Source: a virus
Lineage: Duplodnaviria > Heunggongvirae > Uroviricota > Caudoviricetes
DNA: 64,000 bases
Direction: 5' to 3' (one strand)
IMG/VR virus record: IMGVR_UViG_3300000553_000021
Location: 13,528 to 77,527 of that record
Part shown: positions 19,272 to 28,125 of the stretch, piece by piece
Layout of the letters: each line of letters begins with the position of its first letter
Position numbering within the stretch: position 1 is the first letter of the stretch
Made by a program: the position numbers and the translations under genes
Notes under the pieces: generated by a model
The model's database searches: none
Told to the model about the DNA's origin: nothing
The model's input: the letters and a program-made list of their open reading frames with translations, nothing else

Positions 19272-21803
19272 ATGAAAAAAGCAGGATTATTGTTATCGGC
19301 TCTATTCGTAACTATTTTGTCATTTGGACAGATTAGTGGTAGAGTGGTAGACGGAACAACAAAAGAAGCGTTAGCGGGAGCTAGTATTTCGACTGAAAAT
19401 GGTGCTAATGCAACATCTGGATTAGATGGTACATTCACACTTAAAACAACAAAGAAAGGTGAGGATATCAAAGTATCTTATCTTGGTTTTAAAACAGCAA
19501 AAGTAGATGCAAAGGATGGTATTGTAATTGAGTTACAATCTACATCTATTGGATTGAAAGAAGTTGCAGTATTTGCTAACTTAGGTGTGGATAGAAAAAC
19601 TCCGGTTGCTATCTCATCAGTTAATGCAAAATTCGCAGCTGAGAATTTAGGTACACAAGAATTACCTGAATTATTGAGAATTACTCCTTCTGCATTTGTA
19701 ACTAAATCAGGTGGTGGTTATGGTGACTCTCGTATTAACATTAGAGGGTTCGATAACAAAAATATCGCAGTATTGATTAATGGTGTACCTGTAAACGATA
19801 TGGAAGGTGGTACAGTCTATTTTTCTAACTGGGCAGGTATTGGTGATGAGTTGAAAGAAATTCAAGTACAAAGAGGTTTGGGTGCTTCTAAATTAGCTAT
19901 CCAATCAGTAGGTGGTACTATGAATATTATTACTAAAACAACCGATGCTGAAAAAGGTGGTTCAATCTCTCAATCTTTGACTGATTTCGGACAATCTAAG
20001 ACAGTATTATCATTATCAACAGGTAACACTAAGAATGGTGCATTTTCTTTCGTAGGTTCAACTACACAAGGAAGTGAGTATGTAAACAATTCATATATTA
20101 AAGCATATTCTTATTTCTTATCTTACGCTAAAGATATTAAAAACCACAAATTATCAGTAACATTCTTAGGTGCACCACAAGAGCACGGACAACGTTCTTC
20201 TATGTTGACTGCAGCTGAGTATAATCAATATGGTTTAAAATATAATAAAGATGTTTATGTTGTAAATGGTCAACAAAAGAATATCAATATTAACTATTTC
20301 CATAAACCAATCTTCCAAGTTAATGACTTCTGGCAGATTTCACCTAAAACATCATTAACAACTGCTGTTTATACATCATTTGGACATGGTGGTGGTTCAG
20401 GTACAATTGGTACAACTCCATCTGCAAGAAATGCACAAGGTCAAATTATTGCTGACCCTATCACAACTGCAAACGCAACAAACGTAAATGGTTCTGCATT
20501 TGGTATCAGAAATTCAATCAACAATCACGTTTGGACAGGTGCTTTATCTACATTAAACACAAAATTAACAAAAGAATTAAACTTATCTTTTGGTGTTGAT
20601 GGTAGAACTTATAAAGGAACTCACTTCCGTGAAATGAGAGATTTAGTAGGTGGCTCTTTCTATAAAGACCCATTCACTCCACATGCGACAGTTGATGCTA
20701 ACGCAAACTCATATATCGATGTAACTAAAGTAACTCCAGTAAACAATAGAGTAGCTTATGACTACGATGGTTTAGTGAACTATTTAGGTACATTCGGACA
20801 ATTAGAGTACACTAAGAATAAATTATCAGTATTTGCACAAGGTGCTATTTCTGAAACTTATTATGGTAGAACTGATAGATATAACGCAACTCATACTGAA
20901 TACAATGCAGCTAAAGTTGATTTAACTGGTTATAATGCTAAATTTGGTGTAAACTATAACTTAGATGAATACAATAACGTATTTGTAAACGCTGGAAAAT
21001 ATAGTAGAGCTCCTTATTTGAGTTTCATCTATAATGGTACAACAACAACTACAAATCCTAATAGTGGTAACGCAGTAAACTCTAACATTAAAAATGAAGA
21101 AGCAAACTCTTATGAAGCAGGTTATGGCTTTAGAAGTAGAACTTTAACATTTAAGTTGAACGCTTACTATACTGAATTTAAGAATCGTTCTTTAGCATCT
21201 CCTTTATTAACTAATCCTGATGGAACACAATATAGTGCTTTAATCACAGGACAAGGTGCATTGCACAAAGGTGTTGAAGCTGAAGCAAAAGTAAAAGTAA
21301 CTAAAGCATTAGAAGTAGGTGCATTCGCATCTGCCGGTGATTGGAAGTGGAAAGGTAACGCATCTGCAACTTTATTAGATGCTGTTAAGAACACTACAAC
21401 AAAGGTTAATGTATATTCTGATGGTTTATTCGTAGGTAATCAGCCTCAAACTCAATTAGGAACTATCGTAAGATATCAAGTTACTAAGAGTTTAGATTTA
21501 GGTGGTGATTTCACATACAACGATAAATACTACGCTAACTACGACCCAAGTAAAAGAACAATCGCAACCGTGACTGCACAAGCATACAAAATCCCTGGAT
21601 TTGGTGTTGCAAATGCAAGAATTGGTTACAAATTGAAAATCGGTAAGTTTGATTCATATGCATCAGCACATGTTTACAACTTATTTGATAAACAATATTG
21701 GATTGAAGCAACTGACGGAAGTGGTACTAACGCTGGAACATTGCTAAATGGTTTCAAAGGTTGGGGTAGAACTTCAGATGTAAGTTTGAAGATTAATTTT
21801 TAA
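19272..21803 (+). CDS. TonB-dependent outer-membrane receptor (CarboxypepD_reg + plug + beta-barrel)
   Basis: Signal peptide; ISGRVVDGTTKEALAGASIS (carboxypeptidase-regulatory-like domain); plug region RINIRGF...VLINGVPVND...VQRGLGASKLAIQSVGGTMNIITK; terminal ...KINF. Confidence 0.75.
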   Translation: MKKAGLLLSALFVTILSFGQISGRVVDGTTKEALAGASISTENGANATSGLDGTFTLKTTKKGEDIKVSYLGFKTAKVDAKDGIVIELQSTSIGLKEVAVFANLGVDRKTPVAISSVNAKFAAENLGTQELPELLRITPSAFVTKSGGGYGDSRINIRGFDNKNIAVLINGVPVNDMEGGTVYFSNWAGIGDELKEIQVQRGLGASKLAIQSVGGTMNIITKTTDAEKGGSISQSLTDFGQSKTVLSLSTGNTKNGAFSFVGSTTQGSEYVNNSYIKAYSYFLSYAKDIKNHKLSVTFLGAPQEHGQRSSMLTAAEYNQYGLKYNKDVYVVNGQQKNININYFHKPIFQVNDFWQISPKTSLTTAVYTSFGHGGGSGTIGTTPSARNAQGQIIADPITTANATNVNGSAFGIRNSINNHVWTGALSTLNTKLTKELNLSFGVDGRTYKGTHFREMRDLVGGSFYKDPFTPHATVDANANSYIDVTKVTPVNNRVAYDYDGLVNYLGTFGQLEYTKNKLSVFAQGAISETYYGRTDRYNATHTEYNAAKVDLTGYNAKFGVNYNLDEYNNVFVNAGKYSRAPYLSFIYNGTTTTTNPNSGNAVNSNIKNEEANSYEAGYGFRSRTLTFKLNAYYTEFKNRSLASPLLTNPDGTQYSALITGQGALHKGVEAEAKVKVTKALEVGAFASAGDWKWKGNASATLLDAVKNTTTKVNVYSDGLFVGNQPQTQLGTIVRYQVTKSLDLGGDFTYNDKYYANYDPSKRTIATVTAQAYKIPGFGVANARIGYKLKIGKFDSYASAHVYNLFDKQYWIEATDGSGTNAGTLLNGFKGWGRTSDVSLKINF

Positions 21804-21831
21804 TTCGCAGTCAAGTATATACTCAACAAAA

Positions 21832-21860
21832 AGCCCTCATAGAAATATGGGGGTTTTTAT
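21832..21860 (+). terminator. rho-independent terminator
   Basis: CCCTCATA-GAAA-TATGGGGG hairpin + TTTTT. Confidence 0.5.
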
Positions 21861-21915
21861 TTGGTAATTTAATTTAATTTTAATATATTTATATATACAT
21901 TAAACAAAAACAATT

Positions 21916-22587
21916 ATGAAAAAAGTGTTATTATTAGTTATCATCGTTTTAGCATTCTTTGCTATCGGTGGTAAAGCACAAGATTTGGTAGTTTTAAAAC
22001 ACACAAACTACACAGCAACTTATAGTAAATCATTACATTATCCAGTATTGGTAGAATGGTGGGACACAAAAGCAAAAGTAGGTTGTGCATCACCTATGGC
22101 GAGAAAAGATCAATTTGCACCAGATCCATTAGCAGCAGCTGATACAAAATTGCAAGCTGATTATGATTTAATCAATCAAACTCACAAAGCAAAAGGATTA
22201 AAAGGTGTTGATAGAGGGCATATGTGTCCAGCAGCGGATAACCTTTGCCAAACTCCACAAGTTCAAGCTGAGTGTTTCTATTTTTCTAATATGGCAGCTC
22301 AATATCACGCATTAAACGCAGGTGATTGGAAGTCAGTAGAAACAGCAGAAAGACAATGGTCAATTGCAAATGATTCAGTACATGTATGGTGTGGTAATAT
22401 TGGTGTAGCTGAAAAAGTTGGAACAACAACAATTCCTAAACAATGCTGGAAAGTAGTTTACATTGTTAAAACTAAAGAATACTTAGCATTCTTATTTGAT
22501 AATGTTGATGGAAAACAAACAGGTTTAGAATCACATAAAGTTGATGTAGCTACAATTACAAAATTAACTGGATTTAAGTTCAAATAG
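21916..22587 (+). CDS. secreted DNA/RNA non-specific endonuclease (Serratia NucA family)
   Basis: Signal peptide MKKVLLLVIIVLAFFAIGGKAQ; active-site motif DRGHMCPAADN; downstream N...W..E block. Confidence 0.65.
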   Translation: MKKVLLLVIIVLAFFAIGGKAQDLVVLKHTNYTATYSKSLHYPVLVEWWDTKAKVGCASPMARKDQFAPDPLAAADTKLQADYDLINQTHKAKGLKGVDRGHMCPAADNLCQTPQVQAECFYFSNMAAQYHALNAGDWKSVETAERQWSIANDSVHVWCGNIGVAEKVGTTTIPKQCWKVVYIVKTKEYLAFLFDNVDGKQTGLESHKVDVATITKLTGFKFK

Positions 22588-22591
22588 TTTT

Positions 22592-23218
22592 ATGGAAAAT
22601 GAAGGTTTCTTTCCCAATATAGATAAGGGTTATAAAAAAGTAGATAACTCATCTAAAGGAACTCTAAAAAGAGGATTGGGTAGTAGACAATTATTAGCAG
22701 CTGAGATTACGGAAGCACAAGGACGTTCTCGTTCAGCAAAAGATACAGCAAGGACATTAGGGGTATCATACAACACATATAAAAAGTATGCAAAGTTGTA
22801 TGGTATCTTTGATATCGATTATAACCCTACGAATGTTCCTATTGAACGCAGATTAAAACTGACGGTAGGTAAATATCCATTAAGTGAGATATTACAAGGT
22901 ATGCATCCGACATACCCAATTAGTAAGCTAAAGAGAAGATTGATTAAAAATGATGTGTTTCCTGAGTGTTGCACAGCATGTGGATTTGATGAAGTAAGAG
23001 TAACAGATGGTAAAGCACCCCTGTTATTAGATTTCTTAGATGGTGATTATAGAAACCATACTTTAGAGAACTTACGATTCTTATGTTACAATTGTTTCTT
23101 TTTATTAATAGGTAAGAGAAAGATACCTAAGAACGGACAGTTTGCAGAACAAGGTGTCACTGCGGAAGATGATGATGAAGAAATTATTGAAGAAGATTTG
23201 GAAGATACAGAAATTTAA
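22592..23218 (+). CDS. HNH endonuclease (zinc-finger type)
   Basis: CCTACGFDE...LDGDYRNHTLENLRFLCYNCF. Confidence 0.5.
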   Translation: MENEGFFPNIDKGYKKVDNSSKGTLKRGLGSRQLLAAEITEAQGRSRSAKDTARTLGVSYNTYKKYAKLYGIFDIDYNPTNVPIERRLKLTVGKYPLSEILQGMHPTYPISKLKRRLIKNDVFPECCTACGFDEVRVTDGKAPLLLDFLDGDYRNHTLENLRFLCYNCFFLLIGKRKIPKNGQFAEQGVTAEDDDEEIIEEDLEDTEI

Positions 23219-23228
23219 CGTATCTTTA
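23198..23228 (+). promoter_or_regulatory. promoter (-33 TTG 23198-200; -7 TATCTTTA 23221-28) overlapping 3' end of HNH gene
   Basis: 20-nt spacing; weaker -7 (A instead of terminal G). Confidence 0.35.
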
Positions 23229-23252
23229 ATTATAAACAAAAACAATTAAGTT

Positions 23253-23480
23253 ATGGCAAAGTATTATGAAGTACAAGTTACAATGCACCATGAAGTAGAT
23301 AACGGAAAGGGCGTAAGTAAAGTAAAGAAAACAAAAGAAAACTATTTAGTGGATGCAATGAGCGTAACTGAAGCAGAAGCTAGAGTAGTTAAGTTATTCA
23401 CCGATTCAGCAATCAATGTAGATTATGAAGTTACTGGTGCTAAAGAAAGTAAAATTATTGAAGTAGTAAACGCAGAATAA
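23253..23480 (+). CDS. hypothetical protein
   Basis: ORF track; TAAGTTATGG context. Confidence 0.45.
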   Translation: MAKYYEVQVTMHHEVDNGKGVSKVKKTKENYLVDAMSVTEAEARVVKLFTDSAINVDYEVTGAKESKIIEVVNAE

Positions 23481-23794
23481 TGAATACCTTATTTGTAGAT
23501 TTTGATGGAACAACATTTGAGCATGCAACTGAAAACATATTACCTGGAACAAAGGAAAAGTTTGAAGAATGGAATGCAAAGGGATATACTATCATTATAA
23601 CTACGGCAAGACCTTCATCTGCTAAAGAACAAACCCTAAGAGCATTAGACGAAAATGGCTTAAAATATCACGCTATTATATTTGATTTACCTAATGGAGA
23701 TAGAGTTGTAATAAACGATATCAAAGAGGGTAGAGAAAGAGCATTTGCATATAATGTAGAACGAAATGGTGGTATAGGTCACTTAGATTTATAA
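23480..23794 (+). CDS. HAD-like hydrolase (small)
   Basis: LFVDFDGTTF (DxDGT motif I). Confidence 0.4.
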   Translation: MNTLFVDFDGTTFEHATENILPGTKEKFEEWNAKGYTIIITTARPSSAKEQTLRALDENGLKYHAIIFDLPNGDRVVINDIKEGRERAFAYNVERNGGIGHLDL

Positions 23795-23795
23795 T

Positions 23796-24110
23796 ATGAG
23801 TTTTATAATAACAAGTAAATGTACAGATTTATGTGATGGTGGGTGTTTAAAGGTTTGTCCTATGGATTGTATTCATGGACCTATCAATCCTACCGGTGAG
23901 GGTAAAGAGCTCCAAGAAGCAAAGCAAAATGGGGTTAAAGGCATACAATTATACATAAACCCTAATGATTGTATTGATTGTAGTGCTTGTATACCTGAAT
24001 GTCCTGTTGACGCCATTGTATCTAGTGAGAAAATAGCTATACAACTCGGTGAATATCAATCAGTTACACGAAATTATGAATTTTTTGGGTTAAAATATTT
24101 GGATAATTGA
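23796..24110 (+). CDS. 2x[4Fe-4S] ferredoxin
   Basis: CIDCSACIPECPVDAI (CxxCxxCxxxCP) plus the N-terminal Cys cluster CTDLCDGGCLKVCPMDC. Confidence 0.65.
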   Translation: MSFIITSKCTDLCDGGCLKVCPMDCIHGPINPTGEGKELQEAKQNGVKGIQLYINPNDCIDCSACIPECPVDAIVSSEKIAIQLGEYQSVTRNYEFFGLKYLDN

Positions 24111-24129
24111 TAATTTTTTCGTAATTTAG
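24099..24129 (+). promoter_or_regulatory. promoter (-33 TTG 24099-101; -7 TAATTTAG 24122-29)
   Basis: Same TCGTAATTTAGAC -7 block as at 44888; 20-nt spacing. Confidence 0.4.
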
Positions 24130-24165
24130 ACATATATTTATATTTAATAACTAAAACAAAACAAA

Positions 24166-24438
24166 ATGGGATTATTCCAATTCATTAAAGACTTGTTTGG
24201 TAAAGCAACACAATTAGAAGCACAAGTGGAAACTTTCGTTAAGGAAGTAGAAACTAAAGTTCCAGGTGAAACTGCAACTAATTTGAGAAATGACCTAAAC
24301 AAAGTTAAGAAAGTGAAAGCAGATACTATCGCTCAGGTAGAGAAAGTAGAAGCTAAAGTTAAGGAAGTAGAAGCTAAGGTTAAAACAGCAACAGCTAAAA
24401 AACCTAAAACTACTGCTACTAAGAAAACAACTAAATAA
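24166..24438 (+). CDS. Lys/Glu-rich protein with histone-H1-like basic tail
   Basis: Repeated KVEAKVKEVEAKVK; tail AKKPKTTATKKTTK. Confidence 0.45.
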   Translation: MGLFQFIKDLFGKATQLEAQVETFVKEVETKVPGETATNLRNDLNKVKKVKADTIAQVEKVEAKVKEVEAKVKTATAKKPKTTATKKTTK

Positions 24439-24439
24439 T

Positions 24440-24470
24440 TTGGTGGTTTTAAAAATAAAGTGTATCTTTA
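24440..24470 (+). promoter_or_regulatory. possible promoter (-33 TTG 24440-42; -7 TATCTTTA 24463-70)
   Basis: 20-nt spacing; weak -7. Confidence 0.3.
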
Positions 24471-24505
24471 ACAAGTAAACAATTAAAAATTAAAAACAAA
24501 CAACA

Positions 24506-24658
24506 ATGAAAAAAGTGTTAGCAATTTTCGCTATCGCAGCTTTAGCAGCTTGTGGTGGTGCAAAAACAGAAGTTAAAACCGATTCAACATCAGTAAAAAC
24601 AGATTCAACAGCAGTAGTTGCTGATTCTACTAAAACTGATAGTACAATCGTTAAGTAA
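24506..24658 (+). CDS. small lipoprotein with KTDST repeats (50 aa)
   Basis: MKKVLAIFAIAALAACGG lipobox; repeats KTDSTSV/KTDSTAV/KTDSTIV; not in ORF track (shorter than 60 aa). Confidence 0.45.
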   Translation: MKKVLAIFAIAALAACGGAKTEVKTDSTSVKTDSTAVVADSTKTDSTIVK

Positions 24659-24665
24659 TTTAAGA

Positions 24666-24697
24666 GGGGATAAGAGATTATCCCCTTTTTTATTTTT
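24666..24697 (+). terminator. rho-independent terminator
   Basis: GGGGATAA-GAGA-TTATCCCC perfect hairpin + TTTTTTATTTTT. Confidence 0.7.
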
Positions 24698-24710
24698 ATG
24701 GAGTAACAAG

Positions 24711-25148
24711 ATGATTAAATGGAAACAAGAAATGCAAGAAAGTTACAATTTATATTTAGATGATATTAGAGAACCTAAACAATCATTCAAAAAGACTGGT
24801 GATAATAGATATGTGGATTTACATTGGAAAGTAGTACGAAATTATCAAGAATTTGTAGAACAAATTGTATTACATGGTATTCCAAATATTGTATCATTTG
24901 ACCACGATTTAGGTGAGGAACATATAAACTACTATTTTGATAATGGTGGTAGAGAAAATCCACCCGACCCGTTAAAAGGCCACTTTACTGAAAAAACAGG
25001 ATATGATTGTGCAAAATGGTTAGTAGAATATTTAACCGAAAATGGTTTACCTATGCCGGAGTATTTAATACATTCAGCTAATCCTGTGGGTAGTGAAAAT
25101 ATTAGGGCAATCCTTAAAAGATACACCGAAATACACCAATTTTCATAA
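24711..25148 (+). CDS. receiver-like (CPR-type) domain protein
   Basis: LYLDDIREP...IVSFDHDLG...GYDCAKWLVEY...IHSANPVGSEN resembles cyclic-phosphate-processing receiver domains seen in phages; start moved to ATG 24711 after the terminator. Confidence 0.4.
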   Translation: MIKWKQEMQESYNLYLDDIREPKQSFKKTGDNRYVDLHWKVVRNYQEFVEQIVLHGIPNIVSFDHDLGEEHINYYFDNGGRENPPDPLKGHFTEKTGYDCAKWLVEYLTENGLPMPEYLIHSANPVGSENIRAILKRYTEIHQFS

Positions 25149-25240
25149 CTCATTGATTATCAACGACTTACGATATTAGTAAAAAAACTAATATGTAAGT
25201 GATTGAGCGTCAACGATTTTAAAAAAACTTTCCAAAAAGC

Positions 25241-25271
25241 TTGGCGGTTTGGATATTTTTTCGTAACTTTG
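25241..25271 (+). promoter_or_regulatory. promoter (-33 TTG 25241-43; -7 TAACTTTG 25264-71), part of repeated module
   Basis: TTGGCGGTTTGG...TCGTAACTTTGGGTATA, near-identical to 28043-28073. Confidence 0.5.
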
Positions 25272-25295
25272 GGTATAACCAAACATCAAAAAAAT

Positions 25296-25556
25296 ATGTG
25301 TACTAAAAAACACCCTAAATTAAAGATGATTAAATGTATCAAATGTAACGGACCTATGCCTGAACTTAGATTACTAAAATTCGGTTATCGTAATTGTGTT
25401 AATTGTAGCACAGTTGAACGTGTAGGTGGTGTTGCAATTGCTAATCATAAGACGGGTAATGAAATACAAATTATGCCTGCTAAAGATGCTGCTCGCTTAT
25501 ACAAGTTATCACAACGACAAGGATATGGGGTATGTAAAGGTATGAAACATAATTAA
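25296..25556 (+). CDS. zinc-ribbon protein
   Basis: CIKCNGP...CVNC; ATG 25296 chosen downstream of the promoter. Confidence 0.45.
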   Translation: MCTKKHPKLKMIKCIKCNGPMPELRLLKFGYRNCVNCSTVERVGGVAIANHKTGNEIQIMPAKDAARLYKLSQRQGYGVCKGMKHN

Positions 25557-25560
25557 TAAT

Positions 25561-25797
25561 ATGATATTTAAACTTTTAATTCTAAACAAATGTGGAGTCA
25601 CCACACTAAAAACTGAAAAAACACGTATGACTACTTTAAAGTCTAAATTCGAATTTATCACAAATTCATTAAACGAAGCATTGTTACAAGCTAACACAAC
25701 TCAAAGTGAACAAAAGAGAGCGTATTACTTGAGTAGAGCAATGTACTATTCACAAAGATTAGGAACTTTAGCTAAGAGAGCTAAGATTTCAGCATAA
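25561..25797 (+). CDS. hypothetical protein
   Basis: ORF track; stop codon abuts the tRNA-like element. Confidence 0.35.
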   Translation: MIFKLLILNKCGVTTLKTEKTRMTTLKSKFEFITNSLNEALLQANTTQSEQKRAYYLSRAMYYSQRLGTLAKRAKISA

Positions 25798-25844
25798 GAT
25801 AGTTCGGAACATTGGTAGGGGTTCGATTCCCCTACTATCTTCAA
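25796..25844 (+). other. tRNA acceptor/T-arm-like minihelix (not a complete tRNA)
   Basis: AAGATAGT...AGGGG-TTCGATT-CCCCT-ACTATCTT; GGTTCGATTCC matches the T-loop consensus, but only 13 nt separate the 5' acceptor strand from the T-stem (no D or anticodon arms). Confidence 0.45.
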
Positions 25845-25870
25845 TTAATTAAAATCTAAAACATAAAAGT

Positions 25871-27943
25871 ATGAGTTGGTATGACAGATTTAGAGGTAGT
25901 TACTCAAAAAACAAAACAACTAAAAAATCAGCAAGTTCCTTTTGGGCCGATGAATGGAGCCAGTATGATACACCTAGTACTTATTGGAGTGGTGGTACAT
26001 GGAAGCCAGCTGAGGTAAATAAAGTAGAGGCATCAACTGCCGATATGATTAAATTGAATGCACACAAAAGAGCAATCTCAAACTTTGTAAACATTCTTAC
26101 AAACAAACCTATTCCTGTTAAGTTCGCACAAAAAGGTGACTCTTATACGGATGGTAAATCAGTAGTATTATCTGCTGAGGTTAAACCAGAAAAGTTTGAC
26201 GTAGCTGTGGGGTTAGCATTGCACGAAGCATCACACATTGTTCTTACGGACTTTGAATTGTTGCCTAAATATCAAGCACCAAATGATTTATTCAATGGCT
26301 TTGCAAAAGCAGCAGGTAAAGATCCTCAAACATTAGATAGTGCAGCATATGAGTTAAACAAAGATAACTTATTCGATGTAGTTAAATCATTGGTAAACTT
26401 TGTAGAGGATAGACGTATTGACCAATATATCTACAATACTTGTCCAGGATATAGAGATTATTACAGAGCATTGTATGATGAGTATTTCTATTCCGATACA
26501 ATTGATAAGGGATTAAAGAGTGACGAATTTACGGATGAGAGCTTAGAAAGTTATATGTTCCGTATTATCAATATCACAAACGCTAATACTGACTTATCAA
26601 AGTTAAAAGGTTTGAGAGAGATTTACGAAGCATTGGACTTAAAGAATATTGATAGATTGAAAAACACTACTGACTCATTGGCAGTAGCAGAAAAGATTAC
26701 CAATACAATCTTACAAAATATTACCGTCCAAGTAAAACCTAAACAAAAACAACAAGGTGATGGTGATGGTGAGGGTGATGATGAAGTTGAGGAAATTGAT
26801 GATTTGGGTGATAACTTTGAGATAACTGATGGTGATGATGCGGGTGGTAAGAAAGTTAAGTTATCTAAGAATGCTATGGAGCAATTAAAGAAAGCTATCA
26901 AAAAGCAAAAGGATTTCGTAAACAATAATGTTAAGAAAAAGCAAATCAGTAAGAAAGAAGCTGATACATTGGAGCAAATTGACAAGAGTGGTACTGAAAT
27001 GACATCGGTAGGTGACACTCAATTGGAGAATGGTGGTTATATCAAACCTGTTCAATGTATTGTTTCAAAGAAAATGACTGAGGCATTAATGCAAGATAGT
27101 GATTTCCCATTTGCATATTGGTATGAGAAAAGTGGTAAAGATAAGAAAGGTGAGTGGCAAGGTTGGAATGAGGAAACATTACGCAGAGGTATCTTAATGG
27201 GTACTATATTAGGTAAGCGTATTGCAGTTCGTAGTGAGGAACGTGAGACAGTTAATCCTCGACAAAAGAATGGTAGAATTGACAAACGATTAGTTGCAGC
27301 TTTAGGTTATGATTATGTAAATGTATTCAGTACCAAAGAAGTTGACCGCTTTAAGAAAGTAATGTTACATATTACCTTAGATGGTAGTGGTAGTATGAGT
27401 GGTACATGTTGGAACGATGCATTAGCAGTTTCTATTGCTATTTGTAAAGCCGCTTCAATGGTATCTAACTTAGCAGTACAGGTTTCTATTAGAGGTACGT
27501 GGGGTAACAAACCTTACATATGTATCGCTTATGATAGCCGTTTTGATAAGTTTGAGAAAGTGAAACGATTGTTCCCAGCATTGCAAGCAAATGGTACAAC
27601 ACCTGAGGGGTTATGTTTCCAAGCAATTATGAAACACTTTGTAGAAAGTAACAAAGATATGGATAGTTATTTCTTAAACATATGTGATGGTGAGCCTTCG
27701 TTCTCAAATGACCAATGTTCTTATAGTGGACATAACGCTTTGTTACATACAAAGAAAATGGTTCATCAAATTAAGGATATGGGTATTAAAGTTATGAGTT
27801 ACTTTGTAGGTGACACATATGGTTACGGACGTTCACGTGATAATTTCAAAACAATGTACGGAAGTGACAGTAAATTCATTGACGTTAAACAAATCGTTCC
27901 TATTGTTAAGACTATGAACGAGTTATTTATGAAAAAAGATTAA
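25871..27943 (+). CDS. vWA-domain protein (CobT-like)
   Basis: MIDAS motif HITLDGSGSMSG near C-terminus; acidic DGDGEGDDEVEE linker; 690 aa. Confidence 0.55.
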   Translation: MSWYDRFRGSYSKNKTTKKSASSFWADEWSQYDTPSTYWSGGTWKPAEVNKVEASTADMIKLNAHKRAISNFVNILTNKPIPVKFAQKGDSYTDGKSVVLSAEVKPEKFDVAVGLALHEASHIVLTDFELLPKYQAPNDLFNGFAKAAGKDPQTLDSAAYELNKDNLFDVVKSLVNFVEDRRIDQYIYNTCPGYRDYYRALYDEYFYSDTIDKGLKSDEFTDESLESYMFRIINITNANTDLSKLKGLREIYEALDLKNIDRLKNTTDSLAVAEKITNTILQNITVQVKPKQKQQGDGDGEGDDEVEEIDDLGDNFEITDGDDAGGKKVKLSKNAMEQLKKAIKKQKDFVNNNVKKKQISKKEADTLEQIDKSGTEMTSVGDTQLENGGYIKPVQCIVSKKMTEALMQDSDFPFAYWYEKSGKDKKGEWQGWNEETLRRGILMGTILGKRIAVRSEERETVNPRQKNGRIDKRLVAALGYDYVNVFSTKEVDRFKKVMLHITLDGSGSMSGTCWNDALAVSIAICKAASMVSNLAVQVSIRGTWGNKPYICIAYDSRFDKFEKVKRLFPALQANGTTPEGLCFQAIMKHFVESNKDMDSYFLNICDGEPSFSNDQCSYSGHNALLHTKKMVHQIKDMGIKVMSYFVGDTYGYGRSRDNFKTMYGSDSKFIDVKQIVPIVKTMNELFMKKD

Positions 27944-28042
27944 AAAACACTAAAAAACCTAACTGATTGATTATCAACAAGTTATATATTACACTAAAAA
28001 GTGGGGCATAACTGGTTGATTATCAGTAGGTTAAAAAAAGAT

Positions 28043-28073
28043 TTGGCGGTTTGAGAAAATTGTCGTAACTTCG
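28043..28073 (+). promoter_or_regulatory. promoter (-33 TTG 28043-45; -7 TAACTTCG 28066-73), part of repeated module
   Basis: TTTGGCGGTTTGAG...TGTCGTAACTTCGAGTATA. Confidence 0.45.
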
Positions 28074-28125
28074 AGTATATTCGAAAGGGTAAAATATTAA
28101 ACATTAAACAATAAACACTAAAAGT

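Noticed and set aside
25796-25844. Complete tRNA gene
   Set aside because: Only acceptor-like and T-arm-like helices are present; 13 nt stand in place of D and anticodon arms. No fold of the flanking sequence yields a cloverleaf.
25796-25844. attP site of a temperate phage
   Set aside because: No integrase, repressor or excisionase is recognisable in 64 kb, and the gene content looks virulent, so attP is treated only as a minor alternative.
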